This document shows positions 38,599 through 46,736 of a stretch of DNA of 64,000 nt, one piece after another. The notes under the pieces are model-generated. The model had not been told where the DNA came from, ran no database searches, and saw only the letters and a list, made by a program, of their open reading frames with translations. Every line of letters begins with the position of its first letter. The stretch's first letter is position 1. Position numbers and translations under genes: made by a program. The DNA is from Chitinophagales bacterium (GTDB taxonomy: Bacteria; Bacteroidota; Bacteroidia; Chitinophagales; LD1), in NCBI GenBank assembly GCA_025057415.1, contig JANWXI010000002.1, positions 3,497-67,496 of the forward strand, written 5' to 3'.

Positions 38599-39993
38599 TT
38601 ACATCGTCACTTTGCGAGAAACCATTTTGAATACATAAGGTATCGTATCTTTTATAGAGGCGTCTGTATATATGCTCAGTGGGAAATTGAATAACTGAGC
38701 AGGCCTAAAATAAAACTTACGGTAAATGTATTTTCTGTGTTTAGTGGCTTTTTGAGTAAGGAGAGGGTCGGTGAATTCATTTTTATAGGGCATTAAGCTA
38801 AAGTGTAATAAATGCTTGTAACGGTTATGCAGGGGGGTGCCGGGGTAAATTTTCAGAGTATCTACAATCGCAAAATGGCAAAGCTCCTTTGCCATTTTCA
38901 ATGTGTAATGAATGTCCTCTACTGTTTCTTCCGGAATACCCGTTAGAAAAAAACCGAGTATTTCAAATCCCATCTTTCGGGCTTTTTTGACGTGTGGGAT
39001 ACATTTTTCTATTTCATATCCTTTCTCCAATATATCGAGTATTCGCTGGCTTCCGCTTTCAAAACCGATGTTGAGCCGAATGCAGCCGGCTTTGCGCATC
39101 CACAGGAGCATTTCTTCGTCATACAAGGTGTCGGCACGGCTCAGGCAGGTCCATGGAAGGTTTACTTTGTGTTCAATCATTAAACGACACAGCTTAATGA
39201 CCCGCGAGGGTACAGCAGTAAAAGTATCGTCAATAAAGCGCAGGGAGCGAACGCCTAAGTGTTTTTTCATAAACAGGATGTGCTCCAACGTATTTTCCGG
39301 GGTGAGTACGGTGAGTTTGGTGCCGAAAGAGTGTACGCAATAATTACAAAAGTAAGGGCAGCCCCTGGCGCTCTGGATAACCCCTACCGGATTGGGCATG
39401 AAGGGTTCTTTATAGTGTTTTGGGATAATTAAATCATAAGCAGGCATGGGCAGCAGGTTAGGGTTCGGTACGCGCCGGTCGGGTTCGTTTGCCAGAATAT
39501 CACCGGTACTTTTTCTCACTACCGTACCGGTTATGTGTTCCGGTAAATTGCGGGGCGAAAAATATTTTAGAACATTTTCAAATACGTGGTCCGGTTCACC
39601 CAGCATTACCATGTCTGCACCTGTAAGCGCTAATGTTTCATGAGGAAATTCGGTAGGGTAATAACCGATTAGGATATATGGGACATCAGGCATAGATTGT
39701 TTGAGCATTTTCACGGCACTTACATCCTTATCAAAAAGCTCAAAACTCATGATGCTTACCACCAAATCGGGGCGTATGGTTTCGCTGAGGCGGATGACCT
39801 GCTGTATGCCGATGCATTCGGCAACAGCATCGGTAAATACCACCCGGTGGCCAGCTGCCCTGGCAACCGCAGCTAACGCGAGCAGGTCGTGGGGCGGGAA
39901 TAAATACCGCTCGGCAAAGCTGCTGCACATGTAGCGCCTCACTACCGGTATTGCAGCGGGAAGATTAAGAAACCATATCGTGCTACTGTTCAT
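38599..39993 (-). CDS. B12-binding-domain radical SAM enzyme
   Basis: The N-terminal region has AARAAGHRVVFTDAV...DLVVSIMS...MLGEPDHVF. Motif ARGCPYFCNYC. Confidence 0.85.
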   Translation of the reverse strand: MNSSTIWFLNLPAAIPVVRRYMCSSFAERYLFPPHDLLALAAVARAAGHRVVFTDAVAECIGIQQVIRLSETIRPDLVVSIMSFELFDKDVSAVKMLKQSMPDVPYILIGYYPTEFPHETLALTGADMVMLGEPDHVFENVLKYFSPRNLPEHITGTVVRKSTGDILANEPDRRVPNPNLLPMPAYDLIIPKHYKEPFMPNPVGVIQSARGCPYFCNYCVHSFGTKLTVLTPENTLEHILFMKKHLGVRSLRFIDDTFTAVPSRVIKLCRLMIEHKVNLPWTCLSRADTLYDEEMLLWMRKAGCIRLNIGFESGSQRILDILEKGYEIEKCIPHVKKARKMGFEILGFFLTGIPEETVEDIHYTLKMAKELCHFAIVDTLKIYPGTPLHNRYKHLLHFSLMPYKNEFTDPLLTQKATKHRKYIYRKFYFRPAQLFNFPLSIYTDASIKDTIPYVFKMVSRKVTM

Positions 39994-41101
39994 CTGAGCA
40001 AATTATTGCTTTAATAAAATCTGCTATATAATGTGCTTTCAGTTTTTCGCCCTGTGCATTTACGTGTATGCCGTCTTCTTCTAAAAACAGGTTCGGTGTA
40101 AAGATGCTATCGGGCAGCAGGCGGCAGCGGATATAATGATTAACGGCCAATTGTTGCATCATGGCACGGTGCAGCATTAATCCGCGCAACAACGGTAAAC
40201 GTAAGTGAGCAGGCATTTTGGTAGTGTCGCACACTTCGGGTACAAACAATACAACCGAGCCGCGCGAGGCAGCTACATGCGTTAAAGTTTTCATGTTTTG
40301 AAAGAAAGCATTGTAGGTGGTATCGCGGTGAAGTTCCGGATTATCCGGGAACCACAGGTATTGGCCTGTGTAATGGAAAAAGGCGTTGTCCTCCAGGGAT
40401 GTTTTGAGATAATCGCGAAGCCGTAGGTTGACCAGCAGGTAAACAGCCGTGCGGCTCCATAGCATTTTTCTTTCCCAAGGTTTTAATTCCAACACATCGC
40501 GAAATACTCTCCTGCTATTGTGGTAATCGGGTTGGTACGGCGCCTGGTTGATACGGGCATACATAAATGCATCATTGAAGCCGGTGTGCAGCACAACGAT
40601 ATCGGGCTGCAGGTATTGGTATTTGTATTGAAAATGCGCCAGTAGTTCAGCGCTCGTAAGCCCGTGTACACCCCCGTTTAAACACTCTATGCTGCGAAAC
40701 TTTTTCATTACGCAGGGCTCTTGTGGCAGGGCTTTTTCAATTAAGGCAGGGAACATTTCGAATGTATCGTCCACATCGCCAAAGGTGGTGGAGCCGCCCA
40801 AAAAGAGTATCCTGCAGGTTCCGCTGTCTTTTTGCAGAGGTACTTCGCGGCTGTATCGCAAGCCCATGGAATTGATTTCGGTATTACCGCGGCTATCGCG
40901 GTAACCGGGCCGGTTGATGTAGTTTAAATAGGGTTGCGAAATGTATCCTACCTGGTTGCCGGGTTGTTGAAGCGCTTCGTAAATCTGTTGATATACGGTG
41001 CCATGACGGAATAGGGTGAACTTGAATGTAATTTCTATCAGCAAAAAGAGTACTGCAAATGCCAAAACAGACACGATAAGTCCGAATAAAATCTTTTTCA
41101 T
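39983..41101 (-). CDS. Membrane-anchored SGNH/GDSL-like hydrolase or acyltransferase
   Basis: FLGGSTTFGD, HTGFNDA, EDGIHVNAQGEK. The start is moved to the internal Met (MKKILFGLIVSVLAFAVLF) because all four paralogs begin directly with the TM helix. The 62-codon upstream extension to 41287 is doubtful. Confidence 0.65.
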   Translation of the reverse strand: MKKILFGLIVSVLAFAVLFLLIEITFKFTLFRHGTVYQQIYEALQQPGNQVGYISQPYLNYINRPGYRDSRGNTEINSMGLRYSREVPLQKDSGTCRILFLGGSTTFGDVDDTFEMFPALIEKALPQEPCVMKKFRSIECLNGGVHGLTSAELLAHFQYKYQYLQPDIVVLHTGFNDAFMYARINQAPYQPDYHNSRRVFRDVLELKPWERKMLWSRTAVYLLVNLRLRDYLKTSLEDNAFFHYTGQYLWFPDNPELHRDTTYNAFFQNMKTLTHVAASRGSVVLFVPEVCDTTKMPAHLRLPLLRGLMLHRAMMQQLAVNHYIRCRLLPDSIFTPNLFLEEDGIHVNAQGEKLKAHYIADFIKAIICSDEQ

Positions 41102-41314
41102 GCCGACAGAATAACAAACATACAGGTTCTGTATGAATTTTTCGTACCCAAAAAATGTGTTGCGGGTTTGTATTGTGAAAGAAAAGGCGGATGTGGCTGC
41201 AGCGTGGGGAGCCATTACCGCATACATAACGCTACAGGCGAATACAAGGGTGTGAAGTAGCAAATGCTGGTGGGATTTATGTTGCATAGGTGAAGTAAAG
41301 TAGTAGCGTATAAG

Positions 41315-41440
41315 CCGGGTGAGGGATGCGAGCGGAAAGCCCGCAGCCGCGCCCGCGCTTATAGCGCGGGCGCGGCGAGGACTTGAAGCGGGTCAGCCCG
41401 ACCCCGCCGCCTTGCAGCGCTTGGCGGCGGGGGCACCCCC
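41315..41440 (+). repeat. GC-rich double-hairpin intergenic repeat, copy 2
   Basis: Same element as 11870-12021, shorter. Central perfect 13-bp stem GCCGCGCCCGCGC-TTATA-GCGCGGGCGCGGC. Terminal stem CCCCGCCGCC / GGCGGCGGGG. Lies in the divergent intergenic region between the two halves of the cluster. Confidence 0.85.
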
Positions 41441-41557
41441 AAAAAAATATTAACCAGATTTACTTTGTGTTGCGTACAAAGGTTCAAGGGATAATTAGGA
41501 TGGGGAGTTTCTGATAGCGATAATTGATGAATAAGGATTATAGCGTATCTTTACCGC

Positions 41558-43099
41558 ATGAACATTTGCCTGGTGCGGCCGCCCAAGTTGATGAAGTTGC
41601 TGGGCGGCTCTATGAATCCGGTGCCTCCGCTGGGGTTGGCTTTTGTGGCAGCATCGCTGCGCGAGGCGGGGCATCGGGTAACGGTGATTGATGCCATAGG
41701 GGAGGCGCCGTTGCAGGTAGTTCCGTATCGTTTGCAGGGCACATACACTAACGGATTGAGTTACGATGAGATATACCGGCGCATACCTTCAAATACCGAT
41801 GCCGTGGGGTTTAGTATGATGTTTACCGAGAACTGGCTGAGCGACCGCGACCTGATACATTACCTTGGCAGCCGTATGCCGGGGGTAACTTTTTTTGCAG
41901 GAGGCGAGCACATCAGCGCGTATCCGGAGATGTGGTTGAAACAGGCAGAGCACTTGCATGTTTGTGTAGTGGGTGAAGGGGAAGAAACGGCTGTGGAACT
42001 TGCCCGGGCGCTTGAGAGTGGCACTCCTTTAGAGGATGTACACGGGATAGTTTTTAAAAACCATCGAGGTACAATCATCACAAACCTCCGCCGGGGGCGT
42101 ATTCGGAAAATAGAGGATATACCGTTGCCGGCGTGGGAGCTTTTTCCGATAGAAACGTACAACGATTTGAAGTTGCAATGGGGTGTTTACCGGGGCAAAT
42201 CGTTGCCGATACTCGCTACGCGCGGCTGCCCCTATACCTGTACTTTTTGCAGCAGTCCGCAGATGTGGACTACGAAATACTCCATGCGCAGCCCGATGCA
42301 CGTGGCGGATGAAATGGAGATGTATTACCGGAAATACGGTATTACGAATTTTGATTTTTACGACCTTACGGCAATCATCCGCAAGGAGTGGATTATTGAT
42401 TTGTCGAAAGAGATTATCCGCCGCGGTTTGCAAATAACCTGGCAGATACCGGGCGGTACCCGGTCAGAAGCCATCAACCGCGAAGTAGCGCATTGGTTAT
42501 ACCGCTCCGGATGCAGAAACATTACCTACGCCCCCGAAAGCGGCAGCCCGGAAACCCTACATTACATCCGTAAGAAAATCAGTATTTCGAAAATGCTCAC
42601 CTCTATCGGGCACAGTAACCGCGAGGGGATGAACATTAAGTTGAATATTATGATAGGTTTTCCGGAAGAGCGACACAAACACTTATGGCAAACGATATGG
42701 TTTCTGATGCGCGCGGCAGCATACGGGGCGCATGATGCGGTGCCTTCTATTTTTTCGCCATATCCCGGCAGCGCACTTTTTGAGCAGTTGGTACGCGAGG
42801 GGCAGATACGCCCCGATACAGACGAGTACTACGAGGGTATATTGGATACCAATGATTATACGGGTACAAAATTTTACAACAAGCATTTAAGTAAAGGATG
42901 GTTAAGGTTTTATTTTTATATGTATTTGGTTGCTTTTTTTGGCACGCAATATCTTGTTCGTCCCTGGAGGTTAATCCGCACATTACGCAATTTAGTGCTC
43001 AGAAAACAGGAATCGAGAGGTGAAGCTGCCTTACTGGAAATGCTGGGGAGGAGGAAATTTGTGTTAAGAACCGAAATGACAGAGGTTGCACATGCATGA
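41558..43099 (+). CDS. B12-binding-domain radical SAM enzyme, family A paralog 2 (513 aa)
   Basis: MNICLVRPPKLMK...PPLGLAFVAASL...IDAIGEAP...VVGEGEET. ATRGCPYTCTFCSSPQMW. QIPGGTRSEAI. Confidence 0.85.
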   Translation: MNICLVRPPKLMKLLGGSMNPVPPLGLAFVAASLREAGHRVTVIDAIGEAPLQVVPYRLQGTYTNGLSYDEIYRRIPSNTDAVGFSMMFTENWLSDRDLIHYLGSRMPGVTFFAGGEHISAYPEMWLKQAEHLHVCVVGEGEETAVELARALESGTPLEDVHGIVFKNHRGTIITNLRRGRIRKIEDIPLPAWELFPIETYNDLKLQWGVYRGKSLPILATRGCPYTCTFCSSPQMWTTKYSMRSPMHVADEMEMYYRKYGITNFDFYDLTAIIRKEWIIDLSKEIIRRGLQITWQIPGGTRSEAINREVAHWLYRSGCRNITYAPESGSPETLHYIRKKISISKMLTSIGHSNREGMNIKLNIMIGFPEERHKHLWQTIWFLMRAAAYGAHDAVPSIFSPYPGSALFEQLVREGQIRPDTDEYYEGILDTNDYTGTKFYNKHLSKGWLRFYFYMYLVAFFGTQYLVRPWRLIRTLRNLVLRKQESRGEAALLEMLGRRKFVLRTEMTEVAHA

Positions 43100-44303
43100 T
43101 ATTGCCATACGGCTTACCGATGTATCAAAAACATACCGGGGTAATACCGGGCTTATCCGTGCAGTGCATAACGTTACAGCCACCATCAAACGCGGAGAGG
43201 CACTCGGGATTGTAGGCCGCAACGGGTGTGGCAAGAGTACATTGATGAAGATGATTGGCGGCATCATTAAGCCCAGCTCCGGCAAAATAGAAGTACAAGG
43301 GAATATTCTGCCCATTGTGGAGGTGGGGGCGGCTTTTCATCCGGAGTTGACCGGAGAGGAAAATATTTTATTAAACGGGTATTTGCTCGGCTGGAGCAAA
43401 AGCGAAATAAAACGCATATTGCCACAGGTGCTGGAGTTTGGTGAGTTAGGGAAGTTTATTCATGAGCCGGTAAAAAATTACTCGCAGGGGATGTTTTTGC
43501 GCCTGGCATTTTCACTGATGGCTCATTTGCCTTACGATATTGTTTTATTAGATGAAGTACTTTCGGTAGGAGACAGTAAGTTTCGCCATAAGTGTTATGA
43601 AAAAATACAAGAATTTAAACAGGACGGTAAGACCCTGCTGATCGTATCGCACATTTACGATGAAATCGCATCGTTGTGCGATTTATGTATGGTTTTACAC
43701 AACGGAACATGTGTTGCCCTGGGCACCCCTGCCGATACATTTAATATTTATCAGGAGTCGCTCATAGATGATGGCATGCAATCAATTATTGGTTTGGAAG
43801 ATCGTTTTGAATATATTCATGTAGGATATATGCGCATACGTGATGTGCATATTTATAATCTTAACGATAAAAATGCTCCGATAGTTTTTTCAGAACCGAT
43901 TGTCATTGAAGTAGAATGGGAAAAGCTGACACCTGAAGGGGGTATATATTTTGACATTCAATGTATGGATATCTTCAACAGACCTGTGTGGCATACCTCA
44001 AACTATTTTGGAAAAAAAATTGATCTTGATCCCGCACCAAACACTATGCAAACCGGCATTTTTACTGTCAGGTGTGTAATTCCTGCCTGTTTCATGAATT
44101 TTGGTAGTTATTACATAATAATTCAAGCATCACAATATATAGATAAGGAGAATAACTATACTATATTAAAGACAACACACCCCATACAATTATTTATTTC
44201 AAACAACTATCAGGAGGAACAAGAAAATAAGTGGACACATAGTCAATCTCATATTCGTACAAATATTTTTAATTGGGAAGAAACTGAAATATTATTAACT
44301 TAG
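43086..44303 (+). CDS. Wzt/TagH-like polysaccharide-export ABC transporter ATP-binding protein with C-terminal extension
   Basis: Walker A GRNGCGKST, signature-like YSQGMFLRLAF and Walker B IVLLDEVLSVGD, followed by a ~160-aa extra C-terminal domain. Overlaps the upstream rSAM gene by 14 nt. Confidence 0.8.
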   Translation: MHMHDIAIRLTDVSKTYRGNTGLIRAVHNVTATIKRGEALGIVGRNGCGKSTLMKMIGGIIKPSSGKIEVQGNILPIVEVGAAFHPELTGEENILLNGYLLGWSKSEIKRILPQVLEFGELGKFIHEPVKNYSQGMFLRLAFSLMAHLPYDIVLLDEVLSVGDSKFRHKCYEKIQEFKQDGKTLLIVSHIYDEIASLCDLCMVLHNGTCVALGTPADTFNIYQESLIDDGMQSIIGLEDRFEYIHVGYMRIRDVHIYNLNDKNAPIVFSEPIVIEVEWEKLTPEGGIYFDIQCMDIFNRPVWHTSNYFGKKIDLDPAPNTMQTGIFTVRCVIPACFMNFGSYYIIIQASQYIDKENNYTILKTTHPIQLFISNNYQEEQENKWTHSQSHIRTNIFNWEETEILLT

Positions 44304-44326
44304 CATTACTTTATTAGGTATTTGAG

Positions 44327-45862
44327 ATGAAAGTTGTGCTTATCAGACCGCCCAAATTCATGATAGAAGGTAGTCAGCCAATACCTATTATTCCCCCGTT
44401 GGGCATAGCGTTAATTGCCGGATCTCTTAAAGCGGCAGGGCATCAAGTAAATGTAATTGATGCTATTGCCGAAGCCCCTAACCAGTTTAATAAAAACGAG
44501 CCAATACCCGTTTACAGCAATCGCGTAAAAAAAGGTTATCGGCTGATCAGCATGGGCTTAAGCTTTGAGGAAATTGCATCCCGCATACCTCTCGATGTTG
44601 ATGTGATTGGCTTAAGTTGCATGTTTAGTATTAACTGGCCGTTAGATCGCGCTTTGATAAAATACCTCGCTGGAAAATTTCCGCTTGCCAAAATGATTGC
44701 CGGCGGGGAGAGTATCACCGGCATGGCGGAAACCTGTTTGCAACAAGCGCCCCAACTCATTGCGTGTGTTATGGGAGAAGGAGAAGAAACGTCCATTGAA
44801 TTATTAAGTGCTTTTGAAAAAAATCTGCCACTTAGCAATGTTCCGGGTATCATGTGTCGTTTGCCGGATGGCACTATCTATAAAACTAAACCCCGGCAAC
44901 GCATCCGTAAGTTAGATGAGGTGCCTTTTCCCGATTGGAGCACTATGCCGATCTACAACTATCAGCGCCATGCAGTGTATCCTGGCGAAACACCCCGCAT
45001 TACACTGGGTATTATGGCCACGCGGGGGTGCCCATATGAATGTACTTTCTGTACCAGCCCCGATATGTGGGGAACCCGCTATTTTATGCGCTCACCCGAC
45101 AATGTGATAGCCGAAATAGAATATATGAAAAATATTTATGGGGCTACTAATTTTGAATTTTTTGACCTCACAGCCATTATTCAAAAGCGTTGGATTATAG
45201 AATTTGCCCAAAAATTGGTGGAAAAGAAACTAAACATCACCTGGAAAATACCAGCCGGTACGCGCAGTGAAGCTATTGATGAAGAAGTGGCTTATTGGCT
45301 TAAAAAATCAGGATGTTTTTTTATTACATACGCTCCGGAAAGCGGCTCGCAACGTTTGCTAAATATCATCAAGAAAAAAGTTTCATTGGATAACATTTTA
45401 CAGTCTATAAAATACTCCAAAAAGCAGGGTATGATAGTCTATATTAATATGATTATGGGGCTACCTGACGAAACACACCTTGATGTATGGAAAACATTTT
45501 TATTTTTATTTAAGTGCAAACTAAACGGAGTTGATGAAATGCCCTTAGCTGTTTTCAGACCATACCCAGGCAGTTCGCTTTTTGATAGGCTTTTAAAAGA
45601 GGGTAAAATTGAATCATCCAGCGATGATTACGTAATTGACTCTCTTTTTATTATTGAAACGATTACTGAACATCAGTATTATAATGATAATATTTCGGCT
45701 TTTTGGTATAAAATATATATGTGGCTTGCCTATTTCTTTTTCTATGGTTTGGATTACATAAAAAATCCGACAAGCATATTGCGAACCATTCGAAATATAA
45801 GCGAAAAGAATTATCAAAATGAATTAGAACGTAAACTAGCCTACAGATATCAATCGCCTTAG
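44327..45862 (+). CDS. B12-binding-domain radical SAM enzyme, family A paralog 3 (511 aa)
   Basis: MKVVLIRPPKFM...PPLGIALIAGSL...IDAIAEAP...VMGEGEET. ATRGCPYECTFCTSPDMWG. KIPAGTRSEAI. Confidence 0.85.
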   Translation: MKVVLIRPPKFMIEGSQPIPIIPPLGIALIAGSLKAAGHQVNVIDAIAEAPNQFNKNEPIPVYSNRVKKGYRLISMGLSFEEIASRIPLDVDVIGLSCMFSINWPLDRALIKYLAGKFPLAKMIAGGESITGMAETCLQQAPQLIACVMGEGEETSIELLSAFEKNLPLSNVPGIMCRLPDGTIYKTKPRQRIRKLDEVPFPDWSTMPIYNYQRHAVYPGETPRITLGIMATRGCPYECTFCTSPDMWGTRYFMRSPDNVIAEIEYMKNIYGATNFEFFDLTAIIQKRWIIEFAQKLVEKKLNITWKIPAGTRSEAIDEEVAYWLKKSGCFFITYAPESGSQRLLNIIKKKVSLDNILQSIKYSKKQGMIVYINMIMGLPDETHLDVWKTFLFLFKCKLNGVDEMPLAVFRPYPGSSLFDRLLKEGKIESSSDDYVIDSLFIIETITEHQYYNDNISAFWYKIYMWLAYFFFYGLDYIKNPTSILRTIRNISEKNYQNELERKLAYRYQSP

Positions 45863-45868
45863 CCAAAT

Positions 45869-46729
45869 ATGTTTTTTAAAAATAAAGCCCTTCAACTAAA
45901 ATTTAAACAATTAGGTTACTGTGTTTTTCCTCTAGTAAAGGACCGAGTAGTGCTCAAAAATTTGCACAATTTATTGAATGATAAATTGTCCGAGCATTTA
46001 AAGTGCCCTGATAAATTTAAAGGTACCGGCTGGATAGATGATGCGGAGTTAAGAATCCAAATCAGCAAACAAATTTCCGATATATTGAGCGGACAAATTG
46101 AAGTGCATTTTCAATTATTTCAGGTGTTGGGTTATAATTTTTTACTAAAAGAATCGGATATTGACTCGCGCGTTCCTCCGCATCAGGATTGGACTTATGT
46201 AGATGAAAGTAAATATTATTCTTTCAATCTTTGGTTAGCGTTGGAAGATATACTGCCCGAGGACGGGGCTATTCAAGTATTGCCGTTTTCGCATCGGATT
46301 TTTTCCGGCTATTTGCGACCATCACCTGCATATCCCATACCGTTTGCAGCTTATCGCGATAAACTACTCCCCTTTATGAAGACCATACCGATGAGGGCAG
46401 GTGACTGTATATGCTTTAGCAATGCTGTGGTACATGCATCATTACCTAACACCGGAAGAGGACTCCGTCCGGTAGTAGTATGCACAATATACCCGAAAGA
46501 AGCCACTTTATTACATCATTATGTACATAATATTTCTACTCCCAACGAGGTGGTAGAATATCATATTTCTTCTGAGCAATTCCTTAAAATCAATCGCGGG
46601 CAACCGCCCCAATGTTACATCAATAAGCATTTTCGCCACACCCGTTATCCTGACATTACGTACCAGAAGTTTGTATTAATTTGGTATGCACAACTTTATA
46701 TGTATAAATTAAACAAAGTTTTTGTGTAA
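45869..46729 (+). CDS. PhyH-family Fe(II)/2OG dioxygenase
   Basis: HxD in RVPPHQDWTYVDE and distal His in NAVVHASLPN. Confidence 0.75.
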   Translation: MFFKNKALQLKFKQLGYCVFPLVKDRVVLKNLHNLLNDKLSEHLKCPDKFKGTGWIDDAELRIQISKQISDILSGQIEVHFQLFQVLGYNFLLKESDIDSRVPPHQDWTYVDESKYYSFNLWLALEDILPEDGAIQVLPFSHRIFSGYLRPSPAYPIPFAAYRDKLLPFMKTIPMRAGDCICFSNAVVHASLPNTGRGLRPVVVCTIYPKEATLLHHYVHNISTPNEVVEYHISSEQFLKINRGQPPQCYINKHFRHTRYPDITYQKFVLIWYAQLYMYKLNKVFV

Positions 46730-46736
46730 TATCTGA

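Noticed and set aside
41102-41287. 62-codon N-terminal extension of the SGNH gene
   Set aside because: All four paralogs start directly at the TM helix. The extension has an odd His/Ala/Phe-rich composition and runs toward the repeat element. It is kept only as an alternative.
41102-41557. Cobalamin or SAM riboswitch in front of the B12-rSAM operons
   Set aside because: I found no B12-box-like or SAM-I-like conserved core by eye in this or other leaders, and the region is explained by the repeat element. Confirming this would need a covariance-model scan (Rfam/Infernal).
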